Notes under the pieces: generated by a model
What the model saw: the letters and a program-made list of their open reading frames with translations, nothing else
What the model was told of the DNA's origin: nothing
Databases searched by the model: none
Source of the DNA: an uncultured archaeon
Lineage (GTDB): Archaea > Altiarchaeota > Altiarchaeia > JAFGQM01
Assembly: GCA_964619365.1 (NCBI GenBank)
Contig: CAZUDQ010000002.1
Span: 32,001 to 96,000, forward strand
Direction: 5' to 3'
Length of the DNA: 64,000 bases
Shown here: in pieces, positions 24,001 through 33,104 of the stretch
How positions within the stretch are numbered: the stretch's first letter is position 1
Layout: every line of letters starts with the position of its first letter
Translations under genes and position numbers: made by a program

Positions 24001-24909
24001 GAAGATGACGGCAATCCATGCACGAGCGTTGCGTGTTTTGAAGGGGATTGTGTAATCGAGCTGTTATCAGGAAACTCCTGTGGGGACTCTGGCGACCCAT
24101 GTATTGACCTTATCTGCCAGGAAGGGGTGTGCACAGAGACTCCGACAACAAACGCGTGTGATGACGGTGATGTCTGCACAGAAGGCGACAGGTGTTCAGG
24201 CGGAGTTTGTACTCCTGGGGAATTTGTCTGTGATTGTAAGGTTGCAAGTGATTGCCCGCAGGAAGAATGCTTTATTGCAGATTGCATCGCAGGAAAGTGC
24301 AAGTTCACATATGATGAGACTTGCAAAAAAGAAAAAGATGAATGTGACGCCGACTGGATTTGTGAAGACTGGTCAGAATGCAGCGGAGGCCTCAAGACTC
24401 GCATGTGCGAGTGTTCCTGTGAAAATGGGAATTGCCGTGGCGATGGACAAATGGTCGACACTTGCGAAATCAATGCTACGGAAGGTGGATTAGAAATCGT
24501 AGTTGGCGACGGCTTTGTAGGCGATGACATAAATGTCTCGATATATGACGAATACGGCAATCCCGTTGACGGCGCGACAATACAGTTCATCGCACCCGAC
24601 GGGCGCATACTCTCTTATGAGGAAGGCTTTAAGCTCTATGGGGAAGGCAAGTGGGCTGTCATGGTAGACAAGACTGGATATGCTGGAAACTATGAACTCT
24701 TTGATGTAGAGACTAAAAGCGGAACGAGTGAATCGGGAGTAGCAGGAGTCCTTGGTTCTGTTGCAGACGCAGTAGGCGGCTTTTTTGACTGGATTGCGCA
24801 GTCAGCCGCGCGTTCCGCATTACTCCCCGTCACAGTAATAATTGCGGCAATATTAATGATTATGTTTGTGCTAAAAAAGAATTATTCTCACAAGATAAAG
24901 GGACGTTAA
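12082..24909 (+). CDS. Giant 4275-aa surface adhesin: signal/TM, 7 LamG domains in Ig-like frames, 7x FG-GAP propeller, BspA/DUF285 repeats, GLUG-like region, 7x VCBS/FG-GAP propeller, TSP1-like and Cys-rich repeats, C-terminal TM
   Basis: Repeated FDG.D...FNGSIDEV.I(Y/F)[13 protein letters not shown]-like x7, [26 protein letters not shown]-like x7, WSEC...TR.C and CDDG.PCT motifs, with hydrophobic termini. Confidence 0.85.
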   Translation: MVSKVAVVLSLAVLIIAFAFSLSILSPFEESFNSLQSPQGLAIGNDDLFEYFITPPEANDTENETGNGDGQAVEPKSESVFPQIEFVPPTPDNGTTTTDTNASINVSITEENLANVSFNWSGSDYSLYDDSLVLMMNFDNISSLGENSSYVVDMSEYGNNGTVNGSTWTSNGRYGGAYEFDGNGYFMNSSYIEIADSNSLDLGNEITVSTWIKFYDYNFGPYIITKRDSGAAVDNHYGIYLKNETEGEMTPKFTCGNGTHRNSVSASNGRLSELNHWYHLVGIKDDESIRIYVDGEFVGSNTELKNRSGAIVDNDTMVTGWSNDVPLRLGALYYSSLGVSRYGFNGSIDEVRIYNQSLSANEVRLLYESNLKKMDPDSWELYVNKTNLTSGTYHYVATATDSSGNSNSTEMRLLTIDNVADTIAPNVSISYPVGYGAYVSVASFNYTSSEAGSCWYSLNDSSNSTAVVANNSFAGLNLEDGDYNLTIYCNDSSGNVGSNNLSFVVGDYYGADEVNKLLASDIQLNDAFGASVSISGDYAIIGASNEDEGGNGAGAAYIFNKNSSGTWNEIQKIRSSDNKGGDTFGTSVSISGDYAIVGAFYEDNSTGSVYVFKKNSSGLFEEVSELRASDAQEGPRFGHSISLSGDCAILGAVWDDTNGNRSGAAYIFKKNSSGGFEEVNKIIASDGQAYDYFSNSISLSGDYAIVGASGEDANGAGAGAAYIFKKNSTGQFEEIQKILSSDIAGGDAFGNSVSISGDYAIVGALTEDPESLYNAGAAYIFKKNSSGQFEEVDKIQASDKETIDNFGRSVSISGDYAVVGSIYEDTGGNNSGAAYIFKKNSSSGFEEIHKITASDGQAHDYFSNSIFISGEYAIVGASNENSSGAAYMFRLNESVADTTAPLITFITENNTQIYASSILIEANVTDDSQTYTFLNDSSLVGYWTAENGANDSSIYNNSGNFVNDTSITSSGKFGSAFSFDGNGDYINTSIEIPAENFSFSMWFYMLDNATSRNASINLLSSDGFVVYQHPENDLIYFYSVGARYIIWYPEINKWHHLACSINSAGNAIDNYDANCYADGILRSLNQDGYLNSSTYLKISYSSAANHSINGSVDEFMIFNRSLSSSEISALYNATAQNFNTTVDLVVGNNIINLVAKDTYANVVSEQVVVERTPTASENAFVSTWNTSAVSNVSSNASQVMLPLEATGNYEFTVYWGDGTDDYITTYNQAEVNHTYATEGLYNISIDGTIVGWRFNNVGDKLKITDISNWGSLNVGNNNGYFYGCANLDASAIDALNLSGTTILTSMFRNSSFNGSIGNWDTSSVTNTDWMFFYASNFNQNISDWNTSKVTNMFYMLGGASSFNQPVNTWDVSSVTNMGYMFSYMDSFNQDISNWDVSSVTSMYRMFLNADNFNQPLDNWDTSSVTDMERMFQNADSFNQDIGSWDTSKVTNMNSMFYGALNFNQPLNNWDTSSVTSMNYMFRDGNLFNQNISNWNVSNVEYMDYMFYSCPSFDQNIGSWNVSNVINMDNMFNGSTLSTENYDDLLSGWSNLHSLQENIEFHAGNSTYTNSAAKAILIDNYNWTITDGGYLDIVVPNITFITENNTQTSASSILIEANVTDDSQTYTFLNDSSLVGYWTAENGANDSSIYNNNGTFNGNASVTSSGKFGSAFEFDGDGDYIESSENGSLNIGRDQLTISSWVKLNNFIDGRSFIVERRFETADLYSLYVQNNSAISFNMERGPSPTGIISNPDIFSLNEWHHILGTYDGASIKIYLDGSLIQENSSSGNIDNSSGTFRIGTNDGARFWNGSIDEVMVFNRSLSSSEVKALYNATAQDFNATVDLVSGNNSVQLVAVDTEYNVARESINVERNDSTAPSITFITANNTQTSASSILIEANVTDDSQTYTFLNDSSLVAYWTAENGANDSSIYNNSGTFNGNASVTSSGKFGSAFEFDGDGDYVDVGNSQTLNQATLSLWFYRNSSKDNFQMMYTGYSLSELELSFYIDTLRAYVNNSYVFYNNAYSLNTWFHAVLTFNSTNQTLYVNGVPVASRIPIGVVSASAKTIGGRKWNYSFNGSIDEVMIFNRSLSANEVSALYNATAQNFNTTVDLVYGDNAVQLVAVDTEYNVARESINIDRIVYNITNCVELQAMGYNLSGNYVLANNIDCSDTANWNSGAGFDPIGDSSNYFTGGLDGQGYNISYLYINRSDVGYGGLFGYVSSGEINNLGLISVNVTGFNQTGAFAGWFGGSVINNSYVTGSVFGGVTAVGGFFGIIHSSTILNSYSIVDVSGVHDHIGGLAGQMIGSVVNNSYVNGNIKGSSTYIGGIGGSLWDATISNSYFVGNVTGTNLVGGIVGGMIGIGSSTKNCYSTGNITVTGGSGVGAITGYLNGAGETIINSYWLNNTGDDVVSCYPGGNENCTAVTSEIYFFSVSNSPISAWQFPPWDSFCDGVGYQPLAWQNISTETECLGYSTITPQISFVNPTPDNGTNTTNNSVEINVSITEENLANVSFDWALGPRDGLVLDLNFDDGSLVDESGQGNDGVNNGSIYTPDGKIMGAREFDGENDYVNAGNDTSLDIRDQITLGAWIKLNELTNNSAVNIILNKDWADYEIGIAANSTGVSVYNFAWYLGGVSSGWHDGGGPININEWTSVMLTYNGEQVRTYINGVLTNSYEYNGSIYYPGLDCDLKIGARSRPDSCEESGSYFNGSIDEVKVYNRSLSSTEITELYHSSRAKFMDDSLVLMMNFDNISSLGENSSYVVDMSEYGNDGVVNGSTWTPNGNYGGAYEFDGENDYINLTSAVLETTNDSHEITLLAWIKPNDYGDPDSNQSYIISQYIYPNSDRFLWGFDGKKIRYFVGGNQSLGNTNITLGVWQMIASTKLSNGTVKHYYNGIYDGKGVVQGKYQDTETIIGGGHVYAGVYAFNGLIDEPRIYNRSLSANEIQLLYESNLKKIDPDSWELYVNKTNLTVGDYSYSASACDSSDNCNSTETRYLTIESEYAPTFQGNLDLNNDGYLDIVFSNWRNETSYNINSTIYYGSATGFRINDTGELPTMGAVGNSIADLNNDGYLDIVFSNWKNDSTYNINSTIYYGTVAGFDADNKAELPTHGAQGNSIADLNNDGYLDVVFSNYFNGVSYDINSTIYYGSATGFGTNNTKGLPTNHAIGNSIADLNNDGYFDIVFSNSGESSVIYYGSATGFDADNKTELLTHAATGNSIADLDNDGYLDIVFSNNGEGGDRNINSTIYYGSAAGFDANNTKGLLTHGAYTNSIADLNNDGYLDIIFSNYHNNTGRNINSTVYYGGVSGFNINNKTELPTHGANGNSVADLNNDGYLDIVFSNTYNDTDFNINSTIYYGSVTGFNTNNTGGLPTIGASGVSVVVGQVASANTAYGTTLGATLIPDFRLAKNSSLSDFIDLDIFFNDKNGDELTILAYKDGALYSDSSVQLLIDNTTHKLSIIPATDYAGTITGIYFVASDGQYNVSSNNVSVIVLGNDTQAPQIDFVPPTPDNGTVTANTSVLINVSINDTGLANVTFDWNDSEEVCSIYSQDISNYSCTDYHDSSLVLAMNFDNSSDLTDLSGHGNDGINNGATWTPDGKYGGARSFDGLNDSVYIDSFDIGNSIGKTSCAWIYPLSFRVNSLIGIIAGPSSYTVNVPWMRLYNGYMFNRIWNSTHAFSKEYSSIEALKLNSWSHLCVVWQGNGPNQNLSMLYYINGGLDKNITSNIKDTDGYVGMAYGDVRIGSDPVYASRFFNGSIDEIRIYNRMLSSDEINLLYESRLVKYSDWNLLVNKTNLSVGNYTYSASACDIYNNCNSTGINTLEIISTSFTAGFSVTPSSISETGTAIWNLTLNNLETSNLTVEISPSWTSAYNTTVSVLSNYSRAWSQGVSCPTTSVTRSVTLTEGSSSKQKSAIVSVSCPSSTCSKDWSCGEWSECVDGAQTRDCSCACPKDSQCNGDHATEQECDACEGVTCEDDGNPCTSVACFEGDCVIELLSGNSCGDSGDPCIDLICQEGVCTETPTTNACDDGDVCTEGDRCSGGVCTPGEFVCDCKVASDCPQEECFIADCIAGKCKFTYDETCKKEKDECDADWICEDWSECSGGLKTRMCECSCENGNCRGDGQMVDTCEINATEGGLEIVVGDGFVGDDINVSIYDEYGNPVDGATIQFIAPDGRILSYEEGFKLYGEGKWAVMVDKTGYAGNYELFDVETKSGTSESGVAGVLGSVADAVGGFFDWIAQSAARSALLPVTVIIAAILMIMFVLKKNYSHKIKGR
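12402..20985 (+). repeat. Second intragenic repeat family (12402-12434/19584-19616; 12482-12551/20312-20381; about 13174-13240/20917-20985)
   Basis: Near-identical DNA blocks encoding [35 protein letters not shown] and [21 protein letters not shown]. Confidence 0.85.
14788..17960 (+). repeat. Three near-identical intragenic DNA repeats (starts 14788, 16870, 17713) encoding Ig/LamG junctions
   Basis: ATTACATTTAT...GACAGCTCTATATA is shared by all three. Copies 2 and 3 match over about 248 bp at an offset of 843 bp. Confidence 0.9.
24390..24415 (+). repeat. Palindromic element copy 1 (in-frame inside the giant CDS)
   Basis: CCTCAAGACTCGCATGTGCGAGTGTT, identical to 33883-33908. Confidence 0.9.
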
Positions 24910-24911
24910 GC

Positions 24912-25679
24912 TTACAATCCCGGCAATTCCCTAAGGTCGTTTATAATATAATCTGGGACAAACTGCGAGCTTTTGGCTTCTTCTTTTGTTGTTTCACCCG
25001 TTAAGACAAGAGCTGTTTTCATTCCGGCACGTATTCCCGCAGCAATATCGGTTGGAAGCTTATCTCCAACCATCAGGCATCCCTCAGGATTAAGTCCCAA
25101 GACCTCGGCAGTTATCTCCATTATCTTTGCCGAAGGCTTTCCAAGGATGGTTGCTTTTTTGCCAGACGCTGCTTCAAGGGCCACAACAAAAGCGCCAGTT
25201 CCTGGAAGTTTTCTTCCTTCCTTAAGGTAAGTGACATCCGGCGCGCATCCTATAAGCTCAGCACCATCAAGAAGGTTTGAGAGCGCATTTGCGACCTTAT
25301 CATAAGTAAGTGTCTCATCAAGTCCACAGACGACAAAATCTGACCCAGAATCGACTATCTCGTGTCCACAGGACTTAAGCTCGTGCACAAGGGCGCCTTT
25401 TCCCATGGCGTGGATTTTAGACGGGCCTTTGAGGTCAAGGATATATCTTCCTGCAGCATAAGAAGATACGATTATCTGTGAAATATCTGCAGTTATGCCA
25501 AAATTTCCTAATCTTTTTTGGTAATCCTCTCTTGATTTTGATGCATTGTTTGTGACAAAAGCAAGCTTTCCCCCGCTAGTTATTATCTGATTTATCGTCT
25601 CTTTTGCGTGAGGTATGGGGTCGTCCCCATCCCAGATGACTCCATCCATATCAAAAGCGTATCCTTGTATTTCCATCAT
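24912..25679 (-). CDS. HAD-IIA (NagD-like) phosphatase
   Basis: FDMDGVIW, VTNNAS, LGKPS, MVGDKLPTDI and LVLTG motifs. Confidence 0.9.
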   Translation of the reverse strand: MMEIQGYAFDMDGVIWDGDDPIPHAKETINQIITSGGKLAFVTNNASKSREDYQKRLGNFGITADISQIIVSSYAAGRYILDLKGPSKIHAMGKGALVHELKSCGHEIVDSGSDFVVCGLDETLTYDKVANALSNLLDGAELIGCAPDVTYLKEGRKLPGTGAFVVALEAASGKKATILGKPSAKIMEITAEVLGLNPEGCLMVGDKLPTDIAAGIRAGMKTALVLTGETTKEEAKSSQFVPDYIINDLRELPGL

Positions 25680-26764
25680 TGTTCTGTTTTGTAGGCTCTT
25701 CCCTTAGCACAAAGATATGCCGCAAAGCTTTCAGGCAGGTTTATGCTGTCCCCTTCTTTAAACGCACCAAATTTTTCTCCCCCAAAACGAATTCCAGGGG
25801 TATTAAGTGCAAATTCAATTCCAGTTTCGCTTTTTCCAAACGGGGAACATTCATCAAGCGGGTAAAAATCATCAAGGTTTTTTATCACTTTTGCCAGAAG
25901 CAGGCTTCCGCCGTGGATGGTGTTTGCCATACGTATCATGTGCGAAGGGTCTGTTGTAACCTTAGAGTCAAGTGGTATCTGAACCCCCCCCTTTGCAGCA
26001 AGCTTTCGTATCTTTGCAAGGCCCCAGCCTTTGGGAAAGGCGTCCCAGTTGCCCTTTTTTAGTTGTTCGCTTAAATTTTCCTTATTACCTATGTCTGATT
26101 TAGACACTTCCTTAATGGCTGCAGCACATATTCTTTTTCCGAGGCTGCCTGACTCATAAGACGGCCCGATAAAAGAGCCTTTTTCCTCGAATATTAGTTC
26201 GGGTATTGTTCCTGTCCCGAGATATGCGCAGATTTCCTTTCGCCCAGATTCGTTTAGCTCTGCAACCTTTTCGTTCCCTATCCTTGCGTGATAACCACGC
26301 GATCCGGAGAAATTAAGACTAATTTCCTCCTTAGTAAACCCAAAATCCTCTTGAAGAAATTCATAAAGTTTTGTAATCTCTTCCTTTAGCGCGAGGAAGC
26401 AGTCTTCACAGCACCACGACGCGTCGTGCTTATGCTTTAGATTAAGATCCCCAACATCAATATCGAATATAAGGTCTGTTCCCAGCCTGACTTTTTCACT
26501 CATCTGCTCGTTACCTGGAAACTCGTAGCGTGAAAGAGAATGGTTCACATGCGCCGGCGCCTCGGTTTTTAGGTAATTAAGAAGCTCGTATTCGTTTGGA
26601 AATGCTCTGTGCCTGAATGTGACCTTTTTTGTAAGTGAGCCAAAACCAAACTCACGCTTGCTTAAATGGCATGGACTGTATTCTAGCCTCTTTTGATTCC
26701 CATAATAATCTGTTATGAGCCTCTTTAGCCAGAGTCTTGTCTTTAGGACGCGCGAATTATCCAT
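25676..26764 (-). CDS. priS: DNA primase small (catalytic) subunit
   Basis: REFGF, DLIFDID, FSGSRGYH and DSKVTTD...R motifs. Confidence 0.92.
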   Translation of the reverse strand: MDNSRVLKTRLWLKRLITDYYGNQKRLEYSPCHLSKREFGFGSLTKKVTFRHRAFPNEYELLNYLKTEAPAHVNHSLSRYEFPGNEQMSEKVRLGTDLIFDIDVGDLNLKHKHDASWCCEDCFLALKEEITKLYEFLQEDFGFTKEEISLNFSGSRGYHARIGNEKVAELNESGRKEICAYLGTGTIPELIFEEKGSFIGPSYESGSLGKRICAAAIKEVSKSDIGNKENLSEQLKKGNWDAFPKGWGLAKIRKLAAKGGVQIPLDSKVTTDPSHMIRMANTIHGGSLLLAKVIKNLDDFYPLDECSPFGKSETGIEFALNTPGIRFGGEKFGAFKEGDSINLPESFAAYLCAKGRAYKTEQ

Positions 26765-27713
26765 TTTTTACCTCCGGAGCCTTCTTTTTTCTAAATGCGT
26801 TTTTGATGTAATTTGCCTCAGGATGTCCCTTTTCACATTTTCCCGTACAAAGTCCGTAAGACTTTATAGTCTTGCACGCAGGACATGTGTATTTTCTTTG
26901 GAGGGCAAACCTTACCTGAGTCTCAGTCATCTTCTCGTTAAACTTTGGCGAGCGACGGTAAATGTCGATTATCCCTGCATTATCAAGGCCAAGGCCGATT
27001 AAGAATGTAACAAGAACAAAGTTTGCATTGTGGTTTGACTTTCCCGATTCAAGCGAGATTATTATATCTTTTATACATGGAGGCAGTGCGTCTTCCTTAA
27101 GACTCTTAATCTTTGGCGTTGTCCTCTTTTTTACCTTGCTTTTGGGAATGGCCTCCCCCTTTATCTCATTTGCGGCAGAGATGATTTCTTTTGGCAGGTC
27201 CTTTGGAGTGGGTATACTTTTTAGTATGTCATTTTCTATTGCCTGCCCAATCATCGTGCAGAGGTCTTCTTTTCTTATGGCAATAAAACCTTTTTTCAGG
27301 CGGGTGCGTATAAGGGGTTTACTTGTCCCCTCTTTTTTGTAAAGAAGATAATCTGTGAAATGGACAAGCACAGGGTCATTTTCTATTTTAACATCCATCC
27401 CAAAATCATCACGCGCCATTCGCACAAGGATGGTTAGCGATTCAGAGTTTAATTCGTCTTTCCAGAATTTTGCCTTCCTTTCAGCATAACTTTTGTTAAG
27501 CTCGTTGTTTTCAATCACCCCAAGAAGTATCTTTGCAAGGGTAAATGACACCACTTCAGTCTTGCTGCCTGCTTTTGCGATGCTTTTCCCACAAACATCG
27601 TCCTGAGCGCGCTTAAGGCAGTCAAAGATAAAAGGGTCTTTTGTTTCAAAAGAAATACTTGTCTGCCTAAGCTTTTCCCGTTCTTTTTTCTCAAATGGGT
27701 ATGGCCTAGGCAT
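26757..27713 (-). CDS. priL: DNA primase large subunit
   Basis: LPPCI, PKFNEKMT and YTCPACKTIKSYGLC Fe-S cysteine pattern. Adjacent to priS and PCNA. Confidence 0.88.
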   Translation of the reverse strand: MPRPYPFEKKEREKLRQTSISFETKDPFIFDCLKRAQDDVCGKSIAKAGSKTEVVSFTLAKILLGVIENNELNKSYAERKAKFWKDELNSESLTILVRMARDDFGMDVKIENDPVLVHFTDYLLYKKEGTSKPLIRTRLKKGFIAIRKEDLCTMIGQAIENDILKSIPTPKDLPKEIISAANEIKGEAIPKSKVKKRTTPKIKSLKEDALPPCIKDIIISLESGKSNHNANFVLVTFLIGLGLDNAGIIDIYRRSPKFNEKMTETQVRFALQRKYTCPACKTIKSYGLCTGKCEKGHPEANYIKNAFRKKKAPEVKNG

Positions 27714-27745
27714 CTCTAAATAAAGAAAATACTCAAGAAAGGCAA

Positions 27746-28480
27746 CTACATGTTTTCAATCCTTGGCGCCAGGAAATAACCGATTTTTCCTTCACCCACA
27801 GGGTATGTAAGTTCAAGAGGGTTATCCTTTTTTAGCTTAAGCTCAAGTACTGTCGAAGAATCTGTGTTCCTGACCATGTTCTTTAGGTATTCTAAAGGGA
27901 ACATCGCGCGTGCCGGGGCTTTTGCCTGTATCTCAAGGAGGTTTTCCTTTGGTATTGAGACCTCAGCCTTCCCGCTTTCGCTTTCTGCAACTATCGAAAT
28001 CCCACTCTCACTTGCGTCAAAGACTACATAGTTTCCGACAAGCTCAACGTCAGCGAGTACCTCTTTTATCTCTGTTGCAGGTACTTTGATTGTGACGTCA
28101 AACTCAATCTTTGGCTTGTTTGGGTGTGATGTCGCGTCAAGAAGTGGCAAGAGGAATTTTCTTGTGGCCTTTCCACCGAAGATTACTTCAAGCTTGTTTC
28201 CTTTTAGCTCAAGGGTTATTTCATCATCAGGGCGCGCACGGCGCATGACTTTTGAGAGTTCTGAGAAGTCTATCCCCAAATTGCTTGATTCCTCCACATC
28301 ATAAGTCTTAAATGCAGACTTTGCCATTTCAAAATCAACCATTGCAATCTGGCTTGGGTCCATAGCCTTTAGAACCATTTTCTCCCCGCTGAATTCAAAT
28401 GTGCCCTCGTCAATTAGCGCTGCAATCGCGTCGATACTCCTTTTCCATGAGTTGGCATCAGATATTGTTAATTTAAGCAT
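27746..28480 (-). CDS. pcn: DNA polymerase sliding clamp PCNA
   Basis: AMDPSQIAMV and FLAPRIE motifs. Confidence 0.96.
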   Translation of the reverse strand: MLKLTISDANSWKRSIDAIAALIDEGTFEFSGEKMVLKAMDPSQIAMVDFEMAKSAFKTYDVEESSNLGIDFSELSKVMRRARPDDEITLELKGNKLEVIFGGKATRKFLLPLLDATSHPNKPKIEFDVTIKVPATEIKEVLADVELVGNYVVFDASESGISIVAESESGKAEVSIPKENLLEIQAKAPARAMFPLEYLKNMVRNTDSSTVLELKLKKDNPLELTYPVGEGKIGYFLAPRIENM

Positions 28481-28547
28481 TTTCCTTTTTCCACCCTATT
28501 TCTATTAGTATAGTGCCCTATTTAATGCCTTTGAAAATAAAAAGGAA

Positions 28548-29180
28548 CTAGACAAATGTTCCTGACAATACAGAACTAAGACCATATTTTGTCACAAAGA
28601 AAAGTACAATTGAAAGGGTTATCATTATCGGGATGTATTTTATTCCTGATTTATCCTTTCCACTAAGAACTTGCCCAAGGACTATCGAGCCGCTAAATGG
28701 GGGACAATAAGCGCCAAAACAAAATACATTTCCATGAACCCCTGGGTGATATCAGAGCTGCTTTTTACAGGCATGCTACCTCCAAGGGAACCAAAGTCAA
28801 TATCTGGTATCGAGTCCCCAACACCATGCATCGTGACGTTTATTAAGTAATCAGATATGCCAAAAAGTATCGGGGCTCCAAAACCAATGACCATAAAAAT
28901 GAATATGGCATACATTAGGACGTTTGAGCGCATCTCCTTTTTTAGGAGGTCTTGATCCCGAAAGATGTCAGATATGTTCTCAAGTATGCCTGCTAGCTGT
29001 CCTCCAGAGTTTATACCAGTAACAATCAGGTCTATTGCGCGGTCAAGGTTTTCTGATTTTATCTTGTGCGCCCTCCTTTTATACTGAGATATCTGGTTTA
29101 GGTACATGAAGAAAAAGACTAGCACAATACTAAAGTAAAGTCCAAAAGTAAGGCTACAAAGAAACAAAAGAAATAGTTCG
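28548..29180 (-). pseudogene. Degraded TadC/FlaJ (type II secretion F) pilus platform gene
   Basis: SGGQLAGILENIS...YAIFIF...GAPILFG, then a frameshift near 28700 continuing as FSGSIVLGQVLSGKDKSGIKYIPIMITLSIVLFF...FV* (stop 28548). No in-frame ATG at the 5' end and an apparent internal deletion. Confidence 0.75.
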
Positions 29181-29182
29181 CA

Positions 29183-29572
29183 TTAAACTAGTTTTCTTGC
29201 GTCAGCAATTATCTCTTCATGGTCAAAGGCAAGCTTTGGCAAATCGTCTAAGGAAAACCACTCTATATCCTGCGCGTCGTCTCCTGCTCCTTCTTTTCTT
29301 TTGTCTATAACTTCGACCAGATAAGCATCAGAAATAGTGTTTCCTCGTGGATCGCGCCCAGGTTTTGAGTATGTACCAGTGAATTTTACTATTTTACCTA
29401 AGATTCCAGCCTCCTCAAAAAGTTCCCTGATGCAGGCATCTTTTGAATCCTCACCAGGCTCTAAAAAACCCCCTGGAAGTGCCCAAAAACCCTTAAACGG
29501 ATCATTTTTTCTCTTGATCAAAAGAATGTTTCTTCCTTCAATCAAAACGGCATCAGCAGTTCTTGCGCACAT
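29183..29572 (-). CDS. Nudix hydrolase (ADP-ribose pyrophosphatase/MutT-like)
   Basis: WALPGG...RELFEEAG, RDPRG, AGDDA and LAFDH motifs. ATG at 29572. Confidence 0.9.
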   Translation of the reverse strand: MCARTADAVLIEGRNILLIKRKNDPFKGFWALPGGFLEPGEDSKDACIRELFEEAGILGKIVKFTGTYSKPGRDPRGNTISDAYLVEVIDKRKEGAGDDAQDIEWFSLDDLPKLAFDHEEIIADARKLV

Positions 29573-29580
29573 TTTAAATT

Positions 29581-30519
29581 TTAACAGTTTGGATGATTTT
29601 TTGTCCACCAGCAACGAGTGGAACATGCATTACCCGTTGCATAGTTCATTGCACAGACAAGACCAAGTTTGACATATCCTAAGGCAGGTATGCTGACCTT
29701 AGCTCTCCCCTCAATCATACTTTCATGGACTGGGTAGGAGACAATCGGGGCGATACATCCACCGTAGTCTATAAGACACTGGTCTTCCTTGTGATTGTTG
29801 TCGCCTTTTGTGAAAAATAACCTGTATCTATTTGCATTTTCACTCATTTCAGGAAAACTGCTTAACAGATCCTCTCTTGAATAGAGTTCATTTAATGCGT
29901 TAAGTTCATACCTAGAGCCGCATGGCGTCATTATGGCATTTCCGTCAAAGCTTACTGCTCCTTGGGTGCTTGCACTCTTGTCTGAAATGTCTGCTATGCC
30001 AACGACTCTGTGGATTATTGGTTCCCCCCCACCATAAAGCGCACCTTGCCAGCAGCCTGATACCTTTTGGAATACTATGACGTCACCTACGACAATATCC
30101 TTTGCAGAGTCGCCAGTAACGACTGCTATATCTCCGATATATATACCACCTGATTGTGGGATATTTGAACTTGTCAGGTTATTTTGTTCCAGCCACATGT
30201 TCCAGCCATCGTGGTGCTCCATAGACTCTGATTCGATTACAACAACCGGGAAACCTGTTCCAAAAGCCACGCCTAAGACCTGAATTATGAGCCACGCACA
30301 AAATACTGCAAAAAGAAAATCAAATATGTCCCCTGCAACACCAGGGATATGCTTTTCCTTTGCAGTTTTTATCTTCTTGTGCTGCTTTTTTACAAAATGA
30401 TATGCCTTTTTGTGAGGTGCTTTAGCTACAGGCTCTTTTGGCTCATTACCCTTTTTAGAGGATTTTTGTGAAGGCTTAGAATCGTTTGATTCGTCCCAGG
30501 AAATCCCCCCCAATGGCAT
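29581..30519 (-). CDS. Signal peptidase I (S26, Sec11-like) with Cys-rich insertions
   Basis: VIESESM (Ser), VGDVIVF, IIHRVV (His) and TKGDNN motifs. Confidence 0.8.
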   Translation of the reverse strand: MPLGGISWDESNDSKPSQKSSKKGNEPKEPVAKAPHKKAYHFVKKQHKKIKTAKEKHIPGVAGDIFDFLFAVFCAWLIIQVLGVAFGTGFPVVVIESESMEHHDGWNMWLEQNNLTSSNIPQSGGIYIGDIAVVTGDSAKDIVVGDVIVFQKVSGCWQGALYGGGEPIIHRVVGIADISDKSASTQGAVSFDGNAIMTPCGSRYELNALNELYSREDLLSSFPEMSENANRYRLFFTKGDNNHKEDQCLIDYGGCIAPIVSYPVHESMIEGRAKVSIPALGYVKLGLVCAMNYATGNACSTRCWWTKNHPNC

Positions 30520-30533
30520 TATTATATAGGAAT

Positions 30534-30863
30534 TTATTTGACTTTCTTAAACGCCGCCGAAATTTCCTTTGCGTCCTTCGAGATCTTCACAAGAGCTTTC
30601 TTAAATGAGGCTTCAGGGGTTTTACTATGTATGTTCAGCACAAAGTCAGGGCTTATTGGAAGCTTACTCTCAAGCGGAGGTTTTTTACCGCTTTTTACAG
30701 CCTCTTTATCCCCAATTAACGGATGCGGCATGGTGTATGATGCGAATTTGACATCTTTGTCTGCGTCAAGCGCTGAACAAAGCACGTTCATAATGCCATG
30801 GTCTGCACCAAGTATTTCAATACTGATTTTGTCCTTTGTCTTTTCGACGACTATTGATTCCAT
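30534..30863 (-). CDS. rpoL: RNA polymerase subunit L (Rpo11)
   Basis: GADHGIMNVL and VKFASYTMPHPL motifs. Downstream of csl4, as is usual in archaea. Confidence 0.85.
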   Translation of the reverse strand: MESIVVEKTKDKISIEILGADHGIMNVLCSALDADKDVKFASYTMPHPLIGDKEAVKSGKKPPLESKLPISPDFVLNIHSKTPEASFKKALVKISKDAKEISAAFKKVK

Positions 30864-30871
30864 TTTGGCAA

Positions 30872-31420
30872 TTATTCTTCCTTGTAAAGGTAGTCTGTTG
30901 ACGTTTTTCTTTGTTCGATTTTATTACAGGTTGTACAACTGAGCTTTCCTTCCTTCTCCTTTAAGAGTCCCCTGCATTTTGAGCAGTATCCCTCGATAAC
31001 TCCTAAGTTTGGTGCTTTAGTTGTCATCACCACATCATTTGGAAGCACCTGAGAGACCTCGGCCTTTACTATGTCGCCGACCTTAAACTCATCTGCTGCA
31101 GATTCTGTGTATCCTGACGCGATATCCATCACACGTACAACACCCAGTCTTTCTGAAGGGAGTCCTCTTTGTTTTCCGACAATCTTTAATATTTTTAATA
31201 TGGCGATTTTCTCTCTTGTTGATTCAACGGTAGTTATAACAACATCTCCACGCTCAAGTTCAAAGATTTCGGTTACTGGCTCGACATAAGCCTCGTCTCC
31301 ATCTTCCCTTAGCGTGCCGGTTAGGCATGCGTAAGTTTTTCCGCCATCCTTATATAATCCTGGTCCCGCGAGTTTTTCGGTTTTAACCTTTTCACCCGGC
31401 ACGACAAATATTTCTTTCAT
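30872..31420 (-). CDS. csl4: Exosome RNA-binding protein Csl4
   Basis: VVPGE, S1 domain FKVGDIVKAEV, LGVI and C-terminal zinc ribbon CSKC...CTTC...RK. Confidence 0.9.
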   Translation of the reverse strand: MKEIFVVPGEKVKTEKLAGPGLYKDGGKTYACLTGTLREDGDEAYVEPVTEIFELERGDVVITTVESTREKIAILKILKIVGKQRGLPSERLGVVRVMDIASGYTESAADEFKVGDIVKAEVSQVLPNDVVMTTKAPNLGVIEGYCSKCRGLLKEKEGKLSCTTCNKIEQRKTSTDYLYKEE

Positions 31421-31566
31421 TTTAGAAGTGTTTTCCGCCCAAACGGCTGGTAACTAGTTAATTAGCCTATTTTGATGTAATTCCTATTTAAATAAAGCAA
31501 GTCGGCCGTTCATATTTAAATATCCCTAAATGTTAGATAAGTCGATTTTTAACCCTATTAAAAAAG

Positions 31567-32100
31567 ATGGAAACTAAACAAATGTATATAATTGGCGTAA
31601 TCGTAGCAATAATTGTTATTGCAGTTGTTGCAATACTTCTAATGGGTAGTTCTGACAAAGGAACCTCAACAGTTCCAGTTAGTAACATATCCGATGAACT
31701 AGGTCCGGGCCCAGCAATGCCTGGCAGCGATAGAGACGAGCATGGGTGCATACCTTCTGCAGGATACTCATGGTGCGAAAGCCTGGGTGAGTGTATCAGG
31801 CCATGGGAAACTGACTGCCCCGCGATGGGATCAGGTCCACAGATAGTAGGTAACGACGCAGACGAGCATGGATGTATAGCCTCTGCAGGTTATACTTGGT
31901 GCGAAAGCCTTAGCGAGTGTATCAGGTCGTGGGAAACTGACTGCCCAGATTTAGGTCCAGGTCCAGTAGTAGGTAACGACAAAGATGAGCATGGATGCAT
32001 ACCTTCTGCAGGTTACTCATGGTGCGAGACCCTTGGTGAGTGTATCAGGCCTTGGGAGACAGACTGCCCATTACTTGGAGCAGGTCCAGAGCTAGATTAA
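31567..32100 (+). CDS. Membrane-anchored protein with three G.D.DEHGC..SAGY.WC....CIR.WE repeats
   Basis: N-terminal TM followed by three Cys-rich repeats. Confidence 0.8.
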   Translation: METKQMYIIGVIVAIIVIAVVAILLMGSSDKGTSTVPVSNISDELGPGPAMPGSDRDEHGCIPSAGYSWCESLGECIRPWETDCPAMGSGPQIVGNDADEHGCIASAGYTWCESLSECIRSWETDCPDLGPGPVVGNDKDEHGCIPSAGYSWCETLGECIRPWETDCPLLGAGPELD

Positions 32101-32121
32101 GAATAAAATAGAATTTAAAAA

Positions 32122-32994
32122 ATGGAAACCAAACAGATGTACCTCATAGTCGGAGTTGTGGTGGTAATCGTGATTATCGCTGCTGCAGTCCTTTTGATGG
32201 GAGGTTCAGAAGATAAGAAAACAACAATCCCCGCGGGAATTGCAGAGAACATCTCAGACATGATGGGTCCAGGTCCAGTAATGCCTGGCAGCGATAGAGA
32301 CGAGCATGGGTGCATACCCTCTGCAGGATACAGCTGGTGTGAAGGTTTAGGTGAGTGCATACGAACTTGGGAAACCTATTGTCCAGGTGAGTCACCTGTA
32401 GAGTCTGCAATGGAAGCCATGTGTGATGACACGGACGTTGGCGCAGTGTATAAATGCGGTGATTTCTACAGAGTTGTTTCAATGATGCCTGGAGCTGGCT
32501 CAACAATCTATATGGCAAATGGCACACGCCTCCAGTGTCCGCTTGTAGCGCCTGACTCAATGTCAGAGGACTGCAGGATGTACATAATGGGCTCAAATTG
32601 CATAGAAACAGACCTTTGTACCGGTGAGATGGTAGTTCCTGGAAGTGCTGACGTCATGGTAGGTAACGACTCAGACGAGCACGGCTGCAAAGCCTCAGCA
32701 GGATACACCTGGTGCCCGATAACTGATAAGTGTATCAGACCATGGGAAGAAGCTTGCGGAGACGCAGAGTGTCTTGGAATGTCAGCATCTGATGCGATGC
32801 AGATTGCAATGGCTTCAGATTGTGAGTCCTCAACAAACGGGACGCTTACTGCCGTTGCACTCTGTAACAACATAACAAGAACCTTCCAAATCAAGATGGA
32901 TTCTCCAAAAGAGAATTGTGGTCTTGGATGTTATGTCTATGTTGACAACAGTACGGCAGTCGCGAACTGGATGTGTACAGGTCTTTTAATGTGA
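32122..32994 (+). CDS. Paralog with two DEHGC repeats plus other Cys-rich domains
   Basis: Same METKQMY start and TM. Shares a DNA block with the upstream gene (31717-31767 vs 32281-32331). Confidence 0.8.
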   Translation: METKQMYLIVGVVVVIVIIAAAVLLMGGSEDKKTTIPAGIAENISDMMGPGPVMPGSDRDEHGCIPSAGYSWCEGLGECIRTWETYCPGESPVESAMEAMCDDTDVGAVYKCGDFYRVVSMMPGAGSTIYMANGTRLQCPLVAPDSMSEDCRMYIMGSNCIETDLCTGEMVVPGSADVMVGNDSDEHGCKASAGYTWCPITDKCIRPWEEACGDAECLGMSASDAMQIAMASDCESSTNGTLTAVALCNNITRTFQIKMDSPKENCGLGCYVYVDNSTAVANWMCTGLLM

Positions 32995-33036
32995 GGGTAA
33001 AACCTCACTCTTTTCTTTATTTTTAATTTTATTTTT
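32991..33036 (+). terminator. Hairpin plus T-tract terminator
   Basis: GTGAGG-gtaaaa-CCTCAC followed by T-rich runs at the gene end. Confidence 0.5.
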
Positions 33037-33104
33037 ACTCCGCCCAATAGCGCAGAATTTTAACACTCAATGCATTTTTCATATATTCACACAAATAACT
33101 TACA

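Noticed and set aside
12082-24909. Diversity-generating retroelement acting on the adhesin
   Set aside because: No reverse transcriptase is in the window. Differences between repeats are not visibly adenine-specific and all copies are coding.
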